64,000 bases of DNA, taken from positions 186,001 through 250,000 of the forward strand of contig CBFFRP010000430.1 of assembly GCA_965644295.1 (NCBI GenBank), written 5' to 3'. Under the pieces are notes generated by a model that saw only the letters and a program-made list of their open reading frames with translations, ran no database searches and was not told where the DNA came from. Numbering within the stretch: position 1 is the stretch's first letter; each line of letters opens with the position of its first letter. Source of the stretch: Paraphysomonas bandaiensis. Taxonomy: Eukaryota > Protista > Chrysophyceae. The translations under genes and the position numbers were made by a program. Shown here in pieces: positions 12,269 through 26,400 of the stretch.

Positions 12269-13418
12269 TTACGCACCAAGAACGGGGTGAGTCTCATAAA
12301 CATTGCCAGCAGTTTGGATAACGGCAGGTGCTTTCACGATCTCAGCAATATCAGCCTCTAGCTTGGCGGTGATGTTGTGTACTTTGTGGTCCTTGGAAGA
12401 AAGACCGGCGCGATAGTCGGCGATTGCCTTGGCGTAGACCTCTCCGACGACATCCTTACCCCGCTTGCCCTTGGGTCCGGCGGCGAGAGTCGCAATGGCC
12501 TGAGAGAGGGCAGCATCTTTTACCTTACGATCTGTGGAGACCACATTGAAAGCCTCTGACTTAACAGTTTGCATCATGTCCGTGCGGATGGCAGCATTGG
12601 TAGCCTCGTTAAGAGAGGCCAGGGCATCCAGTTTCTTCTGGATTGCGCGGTGCAAGTCGTTCTGGTGTGTAAGGTTTAAGGCGGTCGCCTGGGCCGCGGC
12701 TACCTCATCGATTCCGGTGAACATGTCCTTGAAGACATCCTTTGCATCAACAAATCCCTCAGAGCTGTCAATAGCATCGTTGATCTCGGCAACAGCCTTG
12801 TCGTCGACGTCCTTCCAGAAGTTGGCGATATATTCACCAATCCAGCTTGTCTTCTCCAAGTAAATAGGCAACACTACCATATCGTAGGCGTGCCACATCA
12901 TGCAGAATGCACCAACAAGGTAAAATTTATAGTCAACCACAATGACCTGCATAATTTACATTATAAAATACAAAAAATACAAAACGAAACGCACCTCATG
13001 GGCAATCATAGGGGAGGCAAGAGAAATAGAAACAGGGAGTGCCCATTTCCAATCGTCAAGTCCTAGGTATTGAAGAATACCAACATCTTTGCTATCAACT
13101 TTCGTCTTCTTGGACTCTACTCAGGCAATTAGTGATGCAAATATATAATATTAATATATTACCGATGACATTAACCAATGCCTGGTGCTCCTCGTCGTGC
13201 TGCTCCCTAGCAAGGATTTCCTCCATTTGCGCCCTGAGTCTAGCTTTTCTTTCATGCTCCTGGCGACGAATATACGACACTTCCTCGCCTTGTTCCTTTG
13301 TAGCAAGATCGACCATATGTCTTGACACAACCACACCCATACGAACATTATGCTGCAACCCGCTCCTCATTTGGGGGGCAATGGCAGATACGCCTCTCCT
13401 TAATCCATTCATCATCAT
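12269..13418 (-). CDS. ATP4: Mitochondrial ATP synthase peripheral-stalk subunit b with N-terminal IF1-like segment (351 aa)
   Basis: Exons 13418-13163, 13116-12995 and 12946-12269 join in frame. Presequence, then two hydrophobic segments around HEVIVVD (cf. NE-x-YV motif of Atp4), then a long helical stalk with KKLDALA. Confidence 0.75.
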
Positions 13419-15039
13419 TGAAAATGCACCTCCAGGGACTGCCACTAGTGCTAAATCAATGTATATGTACTATTGCACCAATTATGGTGGACTATTTTTG
13501 CACATTAATTAGCGTCACGTGCAACACACACATAGTCTATCTACAGTAAAAGTACAGTACATACAGTATGATGTAATGTGTTGGTGCAGACAGTGTCTGC
13601 TTACTCATGTCATGTTACTGTAACATCTCGATTCTACATTTCGCACTTTGAACAGACACAGTAAACTAAAAACTGAATATTTTATTGTGAAGAGATTTCT
13701 GAAATCACCATCAGCACAAATGATGCAGGATTGTATTTTCCCATTTTTTTTGTATTTATCCGGGTTTTCTACAAAGGTTGGAATATATATGTCCATTTTA
13801 TGTACAATAAACTGTAGATGTGTTAATTCTCATATCAAGTTTCACTAGTTTAATACACTGATAGTGAACAACAGAGATCATTAATGCTACCTTATCACCT
13901 TTAACGGTTGAGTTCATACAAAAATAACACTTATGACCTTGAGAAATAAAAGATTACGGCTATCACTGCATGAGACTTTATGTTGTTATCAATAGCTTAG
14001 ATATAGAGCAGTATGTATCGTGTATGTTTATTGAAGAGACATGAAGAATACTTCTGGGTACAAGATTTTCTATACTCTATTCGGTTTAAGAAAGTGTAGT
14101 AGTATGAGGAAGCCACGTCTTAATCCCGTGCCATTGATATAATTCTTAGATTTGATGCACAGAAGCTATCCTACACCCCATTATCTTGGCATTCTCCTAT
14201 CCGGTTCCTGCACTACTCACACGGGAAAAATAAAAATGGCCAGGTACAGAATCTGTTGTTATAGGGACAGTTGCTGGACCTGTGGTACTCCAAAAAATGG
14301 AAATTTCTTTAGATCTAATTCTTTTTCCTATGAATTAGAATTCCACTTTGGGTATCGTTTTGCTACGTTACTTCTGAAAGCGATTTTTTTATTAGATTAC
14401 TGTCATTTTACATATATTGGATATAAGATAATGTCCCCTCTTTCATTTCCACCAGGTTAGGGAACAATATATTGCAATATTACCTTAGATAGAGACCCAT
14501 CAATATTATTGGTGGAATTATTAAACCGACCACACAATAATATTGCAGTATGTTAGTACCATTTTTCAGTAATTAAACACTTGCGTAGAATCCGTTTTTA
14601 GTACGAAATTAGTCATTGCGATCTCATGATTACCAAACCGACTACGCTGCCAAGCAGACTATCTATTGTCTATTGCCTAGCCACTAGCTAGCTAGTCATC
14701 GCTTTCCTCATACTCATTCTCCGAGCCATCATCGGTGACGTCATCATCACCACATTCATTCAAAGTTAATTGAAATATGTATGCATAGAAAAATGTTTTA
14801 TTTATGAAAGTGTAAGAATATAGCAGTTTTAAAAGCAGGTCGTAGACATCGTATGAGCGTATTACATAAGATGTTGTAATTCTGCTAGGTTTAGTACAAA
14901 CGAAAGGGTGAACTTAATTAATTTTTTCAAACCTACCAATATCAAGATACAACTTTCAAAACGGCAAGGTATGACCGAAACGAAACAATCACAATACAAT
15001 ACAGACATTGTTTTACACTGCACATCCACTGCATGATAC

Positions 15040-16540
15040 TTAAGACTCCCAGTCACAGTTACTATTAGCAATTTCAAGGTAGATAAGTTCAGATAACTCA
15101 GGCTTTCTGAGAAATAACTCCGCAATTTGATACCCATACAACGTAACTGGTCCTCGTAACGTCGAAGGTGGTGCTGATTGCTTTTGTTGTTGGCCAGGTG
15201 AATTACAGTCCTTGACAATCTCGGTAACTTCCTCACGGACCTTTGACCCTGTTTCGTGCATACTAACGACCTTTTGTAACACCTCCTCGCTATTTTCTCT
15301 ACGCTCTTCCGTCGACACATAGTTAGGAAAACCTTCGCTCTGCCAGGCATGCAAAAACATGTCTGAGAACAACCCTGACCCGTGTATATTCAGCGACCCC
15401 GCATGTCCCTGTACCGTACGGGAGGATACGCCGTACCTGTCGTTCACCGCTTTGGCTGTCTTTTCTGAACTATTCACCGACCGCCACATGAAGAGTAGTA
15501 AGGCTTTCACCTTCGCCGCAGGAGTAGCAGAACTGTCTCGATAGGCGACAAGAGCCATCAGAATAATGGATGAGCAGAATGTGTCAAAGTTCATAATTCG
15601 AAGGTCGCGATTTTCCTCGTCTAACGGCACGCTCGTCAAAAATATGTCTCCAACTTGGATAGCGGTCAACAATGCTGTCGATTTCAGCTTGAAGTCGTGT
15701 GTAAACTGCACACATATGAACATAATTATATCTAACGTACGATTTGATCTCATATTCTCACCTTAAAGAACTCTACATATCCAATTGTGTTAGTCATGCG
15801 TTTCATCATTTCCTTAATTTGCGCTGTAGTCATGTCTGCGTGTGCAGTCTTGGATTTTTCAGCAGCCATCTCCTGGCTACGACGGCGGTCCGCCATATCC
15901 GCGTAATGTTTGTATATGTTCAGAATCGCTCGTCCGAAAGTTACTTTCATTACCTCCACAGCCTGACTACAAGTTAGTATAGTGATATATATAGTCAACA
16001 TCTAATGCACCTCTGCATTAGTTACATCGAGGTCCATGTCAGCTGGAATACGCCTTCCCGCCAGAAGTAACACATTCTCAAGTAGAAGTCTCCTCAGGGC
16101 TACTTCGGGAGAACTACACTCTGGGTACACCTACATCAAAGCACGTTACCGTATCGTAGTATAGAGTTTTAAGCTATTGACAAACCTTAGGTGCTAGCAT
16201 ATTAATCAAACTAATGAAATCATAGAATGTTACATATCCCGCAGATCCGTCACTTCCACCAGTACTTCTTTTATTTCGAACCTTTTGAAGTAGTTAGGAT
16301 GATAATATACATCACACACTATCTTACCTCACGAGTCATCATAATTTGAATATCAGCAGCCATTAAATGACGAGAAACGATCTGGCAATCCTTCGCAAAT
16401 CTAAGAAAATGTGCTACCTGTAGTAGAATAAGTTGAATCAAGCATATTCATTAAAGGATTAACCTTTAAATGCTCAGGCTGTGTAGGGTCAGAGTGAAGG
16501 GTGTAATAGGTGAATATATTCCATAGTTCGTGCTCCACTT
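15040..16540 (-). CDS. Multi-exon protein with p25alpha/TPPP-like domain; start not located
   Basis: EHELWNIFTYY...FLRFAKDCQIVSRHLMAADIQI...VTFYDFISLINMLA resembles a p25alpha fold. A second similar unit (EFFKFTHDF...MNFDTF) follows. Confidence 0.55.
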
Positions 16541-17103
16541 TAGATATAGGCATGGTAATTATTGCCAAACTATAAGGGAGTTCCTAACAACACCTATAGC
16601 TATAAATGTTTACTATAACAGATATGGTATGAGTAAAGTATGATAGTGCCGTCTGATGATGTTATATATGGACATATACATAGAGGATGTGTGTGATATG
16701 ATACACTACTATACATACTGCTGTCATACTGTACATACAGCAGCAGTACAGTATACGGTATAGCTGTACACATACTGAGCTTCAAAATACATACAGAGTT
16801 AACAGCAATATCATTAGAGTGAGCTATCTGCTGGTGATGAGTGATAATGTTGGATTTCGGTGGAATACAGCTGTAGAATATTCTGTAACTGTCACCTCAT
16901 GTATATGTGTATATAGGACTATACAAACCATTGTGTCTCTCTATATATTCAATTGGAAATTCATTCATGAACCGTTAATTCATACAATTCCACTCGAGTT
17001 CTTTGTCTATTATATATAAATTCAAGAGCAGACTGTCGTTGTTGCCAGTGTTGCCAGATAAGAGTTGTTGTTTTGATTGAGGTAAACATTTAAAAGGGGA
17101 AGT

Positions 17104-17550
17104 ATGGCGTCGGTAAGTTATCACCTATACACCGGTTGCATGTAAATCATTTATGTTCTTCAGCGACGAGATGTTACTGTCGAAATTTTTGCTGCTGGAG
17201 ATGGAATTAATTATCCTCGTCCAGGAAATACTGTAACTGTTCATTATACTGGGTATTTGCCTGATGGCACGCGATTTGATTCCTCAAGAGATAGAAATAA
17301 ACCTTTTAAGTTTAAGCTTGGTGCCGAGCAGGTTATCCCAGGGCTTGACCTAGGTGTAGCACAGCTGAGCATTGGCGAGCGCGCAAAAATGACGATTCCT
17401 CCTTTTCTTGCGTATGGTGAGAGAGGCTTTCCTGGATTGTAAGTTTTCATGTTTCTATCGTTGCGTTTTCAATGCTGATTATGTTTGTGTGTTAGGATTC
17501 CTGGAAATACGGAGCTTATATTCGATCTTGAGCTTATGACATTTAGTTAA
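17104..17550 (+). CDS. FKBP12: FKBP12-type peptidyl-prolyl isomerase
   Basis: VTVHYTGYLPDGTRFDSSRDR...AYGERG...LIFDLEL over three exons. Confidence 0.95.
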
Positions 17551-18305
17551 CGAATTATGACTTGCTATATAATTTGAAGTTTTGCCATTCAATTTATTCT
17601 GTGTTAGATTCGGACGTTGTTTTTTGTCAGCATTTGGCTGAGGGCACTGAACACTTGTCCAATATTGTGTAGTACCTCATCGTTTCGTACATTAAAATAA
17701 TGAGGGTATTATATGTGACTATGATATTGCTGAATGGCGTGTACAACTCTTGGCAGGTATCATGCTGATATGCTGAGTAATCATCGCTTGTTACGTATGT
17801 GTAGAAGAGTGCGTTGCGTGAATATAGCGGAATAATTTCAATATAGTACGGATGTCATTGGAACGGAAGTATATTACCTATAACTTGTAAAACGCCAAAC
17901 ATATCATAACATCGCTATTACGTTCTCGAAACAAGCCCATCGGCCTCTGTGGGCTCTGTGGTACTATGTTACTGCGTACACCTCCCATTAGCGTCATGTT
18001 ACTAGTAACAGCCTCTGCATGCTTGGCGATTTAGATGTATTAACACTACAATGAAAGGTGAAAGGTGTCACCACTTAACATATACAATAAAGCGTTGTAC
18101 ACCATCTTCGTAGCAATTATATCATATATCATTAGACAACTATTATTTTTTCGACTGAAAGTTGGCACACCGCAGCCGAAAACAAAGGCTAATGAAATAA
18201 TAATAAAGCTCTCTTGTACAGTATATCCGCACCCTTTACCAGGGGCAAACTGTGTTCGCCCAACTTGGCACAAGGAGGTACATGAAATGGTAACCTATCC
18301 ACAGC

Positions 18306-19778
18306 TTAGCTCTGCCTTGAAGAGTCTCCTTCAGATGCTGCATTAGCGGCCTTGGTTCCTCTTCTCCACATGTTATCATCGGCCGCAGACGTGCCAGTCG
18401 ATGATGAGCCACCGCCACTCCCTCCTCGCCTTCGGGGTCCTACATCATCTGCTGTGCAGTAGCACCAACGTCACATCATTAATCATGTAAGTAATTGACC
18501 CATACCAGAAGAGTCTTGGAATCGGTCAAACCGCCTTCGTGGGGACGTTTCCCCAGCTTCTGTGTGTCCGCCATGCCCTGCAGGTTTGTAGGGTTGTCGC
18601 CCGTGCTCTCCCTGTGTAGCCGATTGTTGGCCCTCGTCCACGTGCTTCCCTCTGTACCACCCACCTCCGGACTTATCACCAGCGGAGGATGATTTGCCCC
18701 ACGCTGAACCTGACGTGCCACTGTTAAATCTGTTACCACCCTCCCTTGGCGCACCAGAGCGAGGGGCGCCGTCTCTGTCGCCAGATGTATATCTAGCAGA
18801 CTTCCAAGCATTGTTGGAGGACCGATCTTGCCCACCGTGAGAGCGAGGGCCCCGCCCGAACTCTTTTTCTCCATCCCTATTACGAGTATTTCCTTCACGG
18901 TCGTCACCATGATGATGGCCATGGTAGTGTCGACGATCGCCTCCCTCACCGCTCCAGTCGCCCTTTGGACGCGACGTAGCAGAGGACCGCCAGACATCTG
19001 TATTCCTAAACGATGACTTGTCAACAATTGAATCTTGATGCTTCTTGTACTCAATCGGAATAAAAGCTGGAAGCTTTAATATGCGCCGAAGCTGATCCCT
19101 ACAAATAGTTATTCCGTCAAAGTAAATATATACTCTGCATTATCGATAAAGACCTGATTTTATTTTTCGCTTCTGTGTTTTCAGCATTCTTGTTCCAGAC
19201 ACTAATGATGTCTTCATTATGCCGGATACTCACCTAGCATAAAAAGAGGTAAAACAAATAGCAATAAATCTATGGATGCTTACCACTGCACCGCATATTT
19301 CGTGACCAACATCAAACTGCTCGCCGATGATGGCCAGAATTAACTCTTCCCAATACCTGCATACACTTTAGACAAAACGACGTATTCATTAAAGTAACTG
19401 TACCTTGAAGCTAGCCCTTTCTTCAAACGCACCATCCACTTTCCACCACGTTCATTCTGTGCATCCTCCCATGTTGGAGTTATACCGTTTTTGAATAACT
19501 GGTAGTCTGTTGTTGTTTTGAAATCATTGGGCCGAATGAGGTGATTGTATATTCTCCAAAAATGCTCTACTGTTTGAAAGCTGCACACTTGTTTCATACC
19601 ATCTTGGTAGTTATTCTATACATATATACTTTAGTTAGTATTATCGTATTGATTAGAGTACAACTCTTACCAGTGATTTGCCTCCTCTCCGATGGCACCA
19701 GAAGCAATACCTATTCTGTATTTGAGTCTGAGTTTTGGGATCCTCTGGTAGATCATACAAACTCTCGTCTTCTGTCAT
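18306..19778 (-). CDS. EIF4E2: Class II eIF4E (4EHP/nCBP-like) with long G/R/S-rich C-terminal extension
   Basis: YCFW and NNY (Tyr at the W43/W56-equivalent positions), TVEHFW, PTWED, GGKW, WEELILA and DKSSFRNT. Confidence 0.88.
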
Positions 19779-19971
19779 TATTTGTAATTATAAATTAATT
19801 ATCTCGTAAATAATAATATGAAATTATTAAACTTAACAGTGCGAGTTGTTATATATGTATGTCTACCTATACAGTGATAGTATCACTCACACAGCTGATG
19901 CTCACACACATCACCACTACTCACCACATCAACCACATCTATACGTACTGTATATTGATATCATATCCACA

Positions 19972-20138
19972 GCAGTACATACGTACATACAGTCGTACAT
20001 ACAGAGCAGTACATACAGAGCAGTACATACAGAGCAGTACATACAGAGCAGTACATACAGAGCAGTACATACACTCGTAGTACATAATACAGAGCAGTAC
20101 ATACAGCAGAGCAGTACATAAAGAGCAGTACATACAGC
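19972..20138. repeat. 15-bp tandem repeat (GAGCAGTACATACAG)n in divergent promoter
   Basis: Directly visible, ~8 degenerate copies. Confidence 0.9.
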
Positions 20139-20465
20139 CGTACGTACACAAACTACGCCGTATTGTATTCCATACATCATGGGAGGTGGAATACGTCTAT
20201 ATGTTCTTCTTGTCTCATCAATATGTATGGCGCAGATGAGGGTTGTAGTATACCAAATACATAGTGATACATCCACATCTCCATAGTATAGAGAGGTGCC
20301 AACGAGGGATTCCATACATTACACTGGACGAATATATGGTGAATGAATCTCGATTCAATCACTTAATTAATCCAGGATTGTAAATTATTCAATGATTAAT
20401 GGATAAATATTCCTGTTATTGTCGATATTAAACAACTGTAACAGCCTTTATATATATCAATAGAC

Positions 20466-23400
20466 ATGAAAATTCATGTCAGTGCGGATGGTAGAGTCGC
20501 GTCTGGTAAATGGACAAAAATAGTGGAAAGTATTTTATCAACAACTTCTCTGGAAGTTGAATTGACAACATATTCCACATATGAGTTTGATGAACCTGTA
20601 AGACATCAATTCCTATGATTCTTGTGCTAATTATATATGCATGTATATATATACAGGCCGACCTCCTGGAGTGGGCTTCAGTATTGAATCTTATTGATGC
20701 TACGTTTCATAAAATATTGATCGAGAATGAGTCCATATATCTTCCCGAAAAATCGGGTAAACAGGAAATATCACACCTAAATGCTAGTAGTAGTGATGAG
20801 CACTTGGGGTTACTCAATGCCTGCTTGCGATTCACATCGTCATTGTTAAAAAACTCATTCAATAAAGAAGTTTATAGCAGCACCGAGGTAATTACGCCAG
20901 AAATTTCAGTGATCGTATTTTCTCATATAGTTTCATTGCAGTATCTGCTAAAGCTTTTGCGTGCGTATGATGACCAGATTGCGATGTTGGCACTCGAGGC
21001 TCTAACGGCTCTTGCCTCTCCTCCACAGAGTCATCGATGCTTGTCGTTTGCACCCCATACAACGGCTATGCATAAGGCCTCATCCAACTGTATTCCACTT
21101 TTTCAAATAGTTGAGGCTGCCAATTGGTCGTTTCCTGTAATAGCTGAAGATTTTTTGTCTGCCGATTACACCTTGACAGACAAACACACTCAACTGGAGT
21201 TCGACATCTCCCAGCGTCCTAAGGTATATGGCAGCGACGTGACTAGCGACATGAGTCCCTCTATATCGCAGTCACTCTTCTCCATAGACCACGTAGACAC
21301 GGACCCTAGAACTCTGCGACAAATACTTGCGGATGCGTGGCTACCTCACAAGTACCTGTTTGCACTCATGTGGCGTGTGCGTTTGCAACGCTTGATGGGC
21401 AGCGTTCAAGGAAGGGTGACGATTCTTCTTCAACAGTACCGGGCGATCTTAATACTGTTGTGCTGCCACCCCAATAGTTCCGTGTTGTCGCATTTCTTTC
21501 AGGACAAAACAGACCTTCTGCGAGATTTTGTTTTTATGGTCCGAACTGGTAAGTACTGTTTGTAGGGTTGTGGTGTTTATCACTTGCACGGATGTAGGCC
21601 CGGGGTCGAGTGACTACAAATACCATAGAGATAATACACCTCTGGAACTCCGCCTATTAGCTTGCCAATGCCTTGTTGCGCTGGTGGGATCTCGTGACTC
21701 GGCTACAGTATCTGTAATGGGGCGATTTTCCTGGCTACAGCAAGACCTCGGTGTGAATCGCGGGCAATATATGGGTCTACTACCCTGTGTGTTACGCTCT
21801 GCGACCTCTTTCCTCTGCTCTCTCTCCAAACCAGATGAGCACTCCGCGGACTCTGACTCGAGTACACCGAAGACACGATCCAATGCGAACACCACTGCAA
21901 TAATTGATGGGGAAAATATCGCTGGCAGTGTTGCTATTGATGCAGAGCCCTCCCCGGAAGTGCTCTCAGGCACTATGGTACGAAGGGACGATTCTATATC
22001 AGACAGGCTCATTTGGACCGAAAACCTGGTTGTGCTAACTTTGGCACTCGTAAGTGTGACCAATGCGCTTCCTGCATTAGTAGAAAATGGTTTTATTTCG
22101 CTGCTTGTATCTATCATAAAGCAGTCTCCATTCCCAGAACGTACATCGCAGCATACTTATGTGGAAGCACTTGTTGTCCAGCTAGTGGAGATGTCGCTCT
22201 CTGCGCACCAACTGGCTATTAGTTCATTCAAAGATTTATGTGGTATTGACGCAGTTCTAGAGCGCCTCCTACTAGAGCTTTTGCTTCTCGCCAAACCATC
22301 GTCGATGCCATCTACACCGCAACCATCGCTGACTCGTCCGAGGAAAAAGCGTAAGAGATCCACAGCCATGGAAGCTACGGCGTTCTCTACCGCGGGTACT
22401 AATGCATGCTCAGTCACTTTGTCAGGCGGCGAAGTATTTTCATCTGATATTCAGATCGACGAGGATTTAGTGACAAGTGCCAACAAGGTTCTGATTCACA
22501 GCTTGCTGACTGTGCTGTCGCTATACCTCCAGGAGGCGTCTGATTCCAGACAGGGTCAGATACTACGAGGACCTATGTTCACCTCAGTGTTTCTTGTATT
22601 ATTCAATAATTCGCGGGCACTCACAGCGTCCATATTGACTCCTACATTTGCTTTGTTTTCTGAAGTGATAAACAATGATCCTTCAATATTGTCCTCGATG
22701 GTATCATGCGGACTAGTAAATGCCGCGGTTGCATCGATAATAAGGGACCACAGGGTATGTATCAATCATCATGTGTGCCATGTTGTGATTTAATTTTAGA
22801 TCTTTAATGGTGACTGCTTGCTTTCTGCATCAAACTGCCTGTCTGCAATATCATTGCTGGATAAAGGGAGATCGGTGGTTATATGCAACAACCCCTTTCC
22901 TGCACTTTTCGGGTATGTCACAATTGGTATGAAATCGGCTATACTGTTAATTGTGTATGCTTTCAGTCTATTTCACACAATGCAATTTACTCAAGCGGAA
23001 CGGAGGACGTCTGCCATTGATTTGCCGAATTCTTTCGGTGTGAATATTGAAGAACTATTGCGGCACCACCCTCCTTTGCTTACTCCATGTATCAAAGCCC
23101 TGGTGGGTGAAATGAATTTGATTGCCTCCATTGCAGAGAGTTATTCTGGAATAACCATGGAGGACGAAATCATAAATCACCCTCAATCTCCAGGGGTTAC
23201 ATTCACGACTGTCTTACAATTCTGCACTGGCATACTGACCTGTCTTGAGTCTGTTCTGAGCCGGAAGGAGAATGTCATTGCCTTCATTTCCTTAGATGGA
23301 GTGAAGGTTCTGTCTCGACTCCTCTCGGTTGCACATCGACCTCATAGATACGTTATCGCATCTTTCTCCTGTTCCACTGACCCAACTACGCACTCACTGG

Positions 23401-26400
23401 GCCACTTTCCTGTTGTTAGGGTACGTGACAGTGACTGTCATGTAACTACATATAATTTGATATGCAGAGCGTAACAAGGTGTTTTAGTCAAATCACTGAA
23501 AGGGAACCTAAAAACTTTATCAGTGAGTTATCGACATGTATTACCCACTCTATGGATACCTTAAAAGCCAGAATCCAGAGTTTTTGGGGAAAATGCGGCT
23601 CCAAGCCAACTCTACCTGAGCCGAATGCGGGCGATGAGTTTACAAAATGCTATTCCGTGGATGGAGACGTTTATCACATAAGCAGTGAATTTTTCCTGCA
23701 CAAATTTTTGGATGCTGTTTCTCGGTTCCCATTGCAGAACACCTGCACGAACGATACCCTTACATGTGAGCTGAAGGAGTACGCATCCGTACTCCAGGAA
23801 TTTATGGTTCTGGACTACTTGGTGGAGGGACTTTCACTGGCCATTCAGTCAATTATGCGTCGTCCCAACTCTCGATCTTCCCTGAATCTGCTAACCAGTG
23901 CAAATACTTATCAAATGCTACGGCGACTAACTGAAGAAGTGTACATTGGAAGCCAGCAAGAATTGTGCAGGTATGATATTTCTGGAGTATATTTCTTGTA
24001 GTTATAGCCATGCGTTATACAGAGCTCGTGGCGGGTTAACTGACACAAAGAAATCTGAGCGCGTGCGGGTTCACCCAATATATAGGCTCCTTGTTATATC
24101 CAATGACCCTGTGTCTGTGCGGGACTCACAGGAGGACAACGGAAAGCGGCTGTATAAGCTCGAGAAGGGTACCATCGTAAATGCATTCGAGCGAGCCACT
24201 GGAAATGATAACCTATTGCGATACCATATTGATGATGGCAGTAAGAGTGGAGGGTGGGTGACATTATTCAGAAGTTCTACCTCTCTTGAACCGCAGATTG
24301 AGGTTATTGACACAATACGAGGGAGTGAGGAGGATGAAAAGGAACGCATTAGTTATTTCGAGGCAAAAAGAAAATTGGTTTCTTCCCAGAAAAGATTTGA
24401 TTTTGATAAAGTTGCTAACGTTTCCGCCAGAAGAGGTGGATTCATGACGCTCTTCCACTTCCATTGCTGTATGAGGCATCTATTGTGCAGCTTGGCGTGG
24501 ACATGTTCACCTTTAGACGATTGTAGCTTTCAAAGTATTTCAGAATCGAGTTCTTTGTCTGACAGCACGGCGAAGCTACTACCGCTGATATGCAATTGTT
24601 TGGCCCGTCTTCTTCCGTCCATTCCACAATCTTTACGTGTTGCACCTTGCCCCTCTGCTGACACAGTGCTACGAGCGAGTACAGCTGGTGTTGACTTAAA
24701 ATTCTTTGTAGCAATGGAATGCCCTGATATTTCTGAATTCAGCATTGAGAAAACATTCCGTACAATTCATGTAGTCGAACTGTGTCATTACTTTTTATTT
24801 GAAGAGAACAAGGGACGCGGTGACCCGAATATATTACTTTTAGCTCATCTTTACTATGGAAAGTTTATTGAGAAACTTGCTCTTACCACAAGTCTAGTGT
24901 TTTTGACTTGTATGCGAGCTCCGAAACGAGATAAATCTGGGGATGATGCTGGAGGAGATGAGTCATCTGAAGTCGCCAGTATACTTGATTATTCTTCACC
25001 TGTGGAGTGTGACGATGACTACTGTGATGACAGTGAAACCACAGCTGATTGCAGCGATGGATCATCCCCGTCAAAATTGAATCCTGAAAAGTTTCTCAAC
25101 AGGAAGCTGAAAGACAGGCAAATGCTGGCAGTGTCTAATGTAGACATAGTTATTGATTTGTGGAAACATTTTTTCCGGGAATTTCTGAGTACCAGCCGTA
25201 GTAGTCTCGCCCTTGTAGGTATTTCAGACGACTCTCACGCTTTTGACCCCGACGCGTTCAAGAGGAAGCTCTATATGACCCTTGTGCGGTATATTTCTCA
25301 GACCTGGTCCCATGATAAACTGCACACTCTGCCACCAACAACAGTGAGGAACGTATTAGACCTCGTACAAGTCGTAATAAAGTCACTATCGGTTGCGAAA
25401 GAATACCCGTTAAGGTTCTCAGGGAGCGCTTCTCGAGAGAGAAGTCGATCTTTATCTTTGTTCAGCGGACGAAGACATAGGGCAAGTTTTTACCCTTCAA
25501 TGGATGATGATTTTGGTTACGATCCGAATTCCCCTTATTTTCATAGGAGCTACTCTTTGGATGGTGGAGATGTGTTATCTGACATCACACGGGCTCGCAC
25601 CTCGCTCGCTTCGTCGGAGCCTCGTTTCCCGATCGCTTCGGTAGAATCTCAATCTGAACGAACCGAGTTCACAGTGCCGAACAATGAGTTGTCATCTCTT
25701 AATGATACCATTGAATTATCGATACCTCTGTCACATGCACTTCCTGCCGTCAGTAAGGCAACTGACGAAGAGCTCAATGGCGATAAGTCACTGATGTCTA
25801 TGCTCTACAAGAGCGTGTATACTATCGTACCACAGGCCTGCCGAGATTTGATCGAGAAAGGAATTCGACCTGGTGGAGTGCAGTGGAGAACTGAGTCTGC
25901 GTTGTTTAATCAAAGTATAACCCGCGAGTTTACGACAGTGATGGTTTTGACACAAATGCTGAAGTGCTTGGAACGTCCGAATTGGTCTGATGGCACCTTG
26001 AAAATTATTATTCTTAGCGCACTTTATCCTCGCGCGGAAACTTTGTTGAAGAAGAAATTGACACCGCAAATATGTTCTAGTCTCTATGGGTTGCTGCATG
26101 CCATCCTGTTGCTTTTATCCGGAAAAGTTGGATCGGTGTCGAGAAGTAATGAAATGATGTTTTTAATATTTGGAAGGGAAGGATGGGGAAAGGTACGACG
26201 TTTGTATTTCTATTAAGGCTGTATTAATTATTCGTTTTAGAATTTTTACGAGCTATTGTTGTCTGCCTTGGAAGATACCATATCGCAGGTGAATGTATCC
26301 TCATCTAACTCACTTCCAGACAACTCCTGTATAGACTGGATATCGCCTGCTCTGTTAATTTTAGATGCTATGGCGCAGCCGGTGCTTGTTGAGAAAGCCA

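Noticed and set aside
14101-14714. 11-bp inverted repeat AGTATGAGGAA/TTCCTCATACT and a short acidic coding-like tail
   Set aside because: Too short, with no TSD or transposase. It may be TE debris but cannot be supported.
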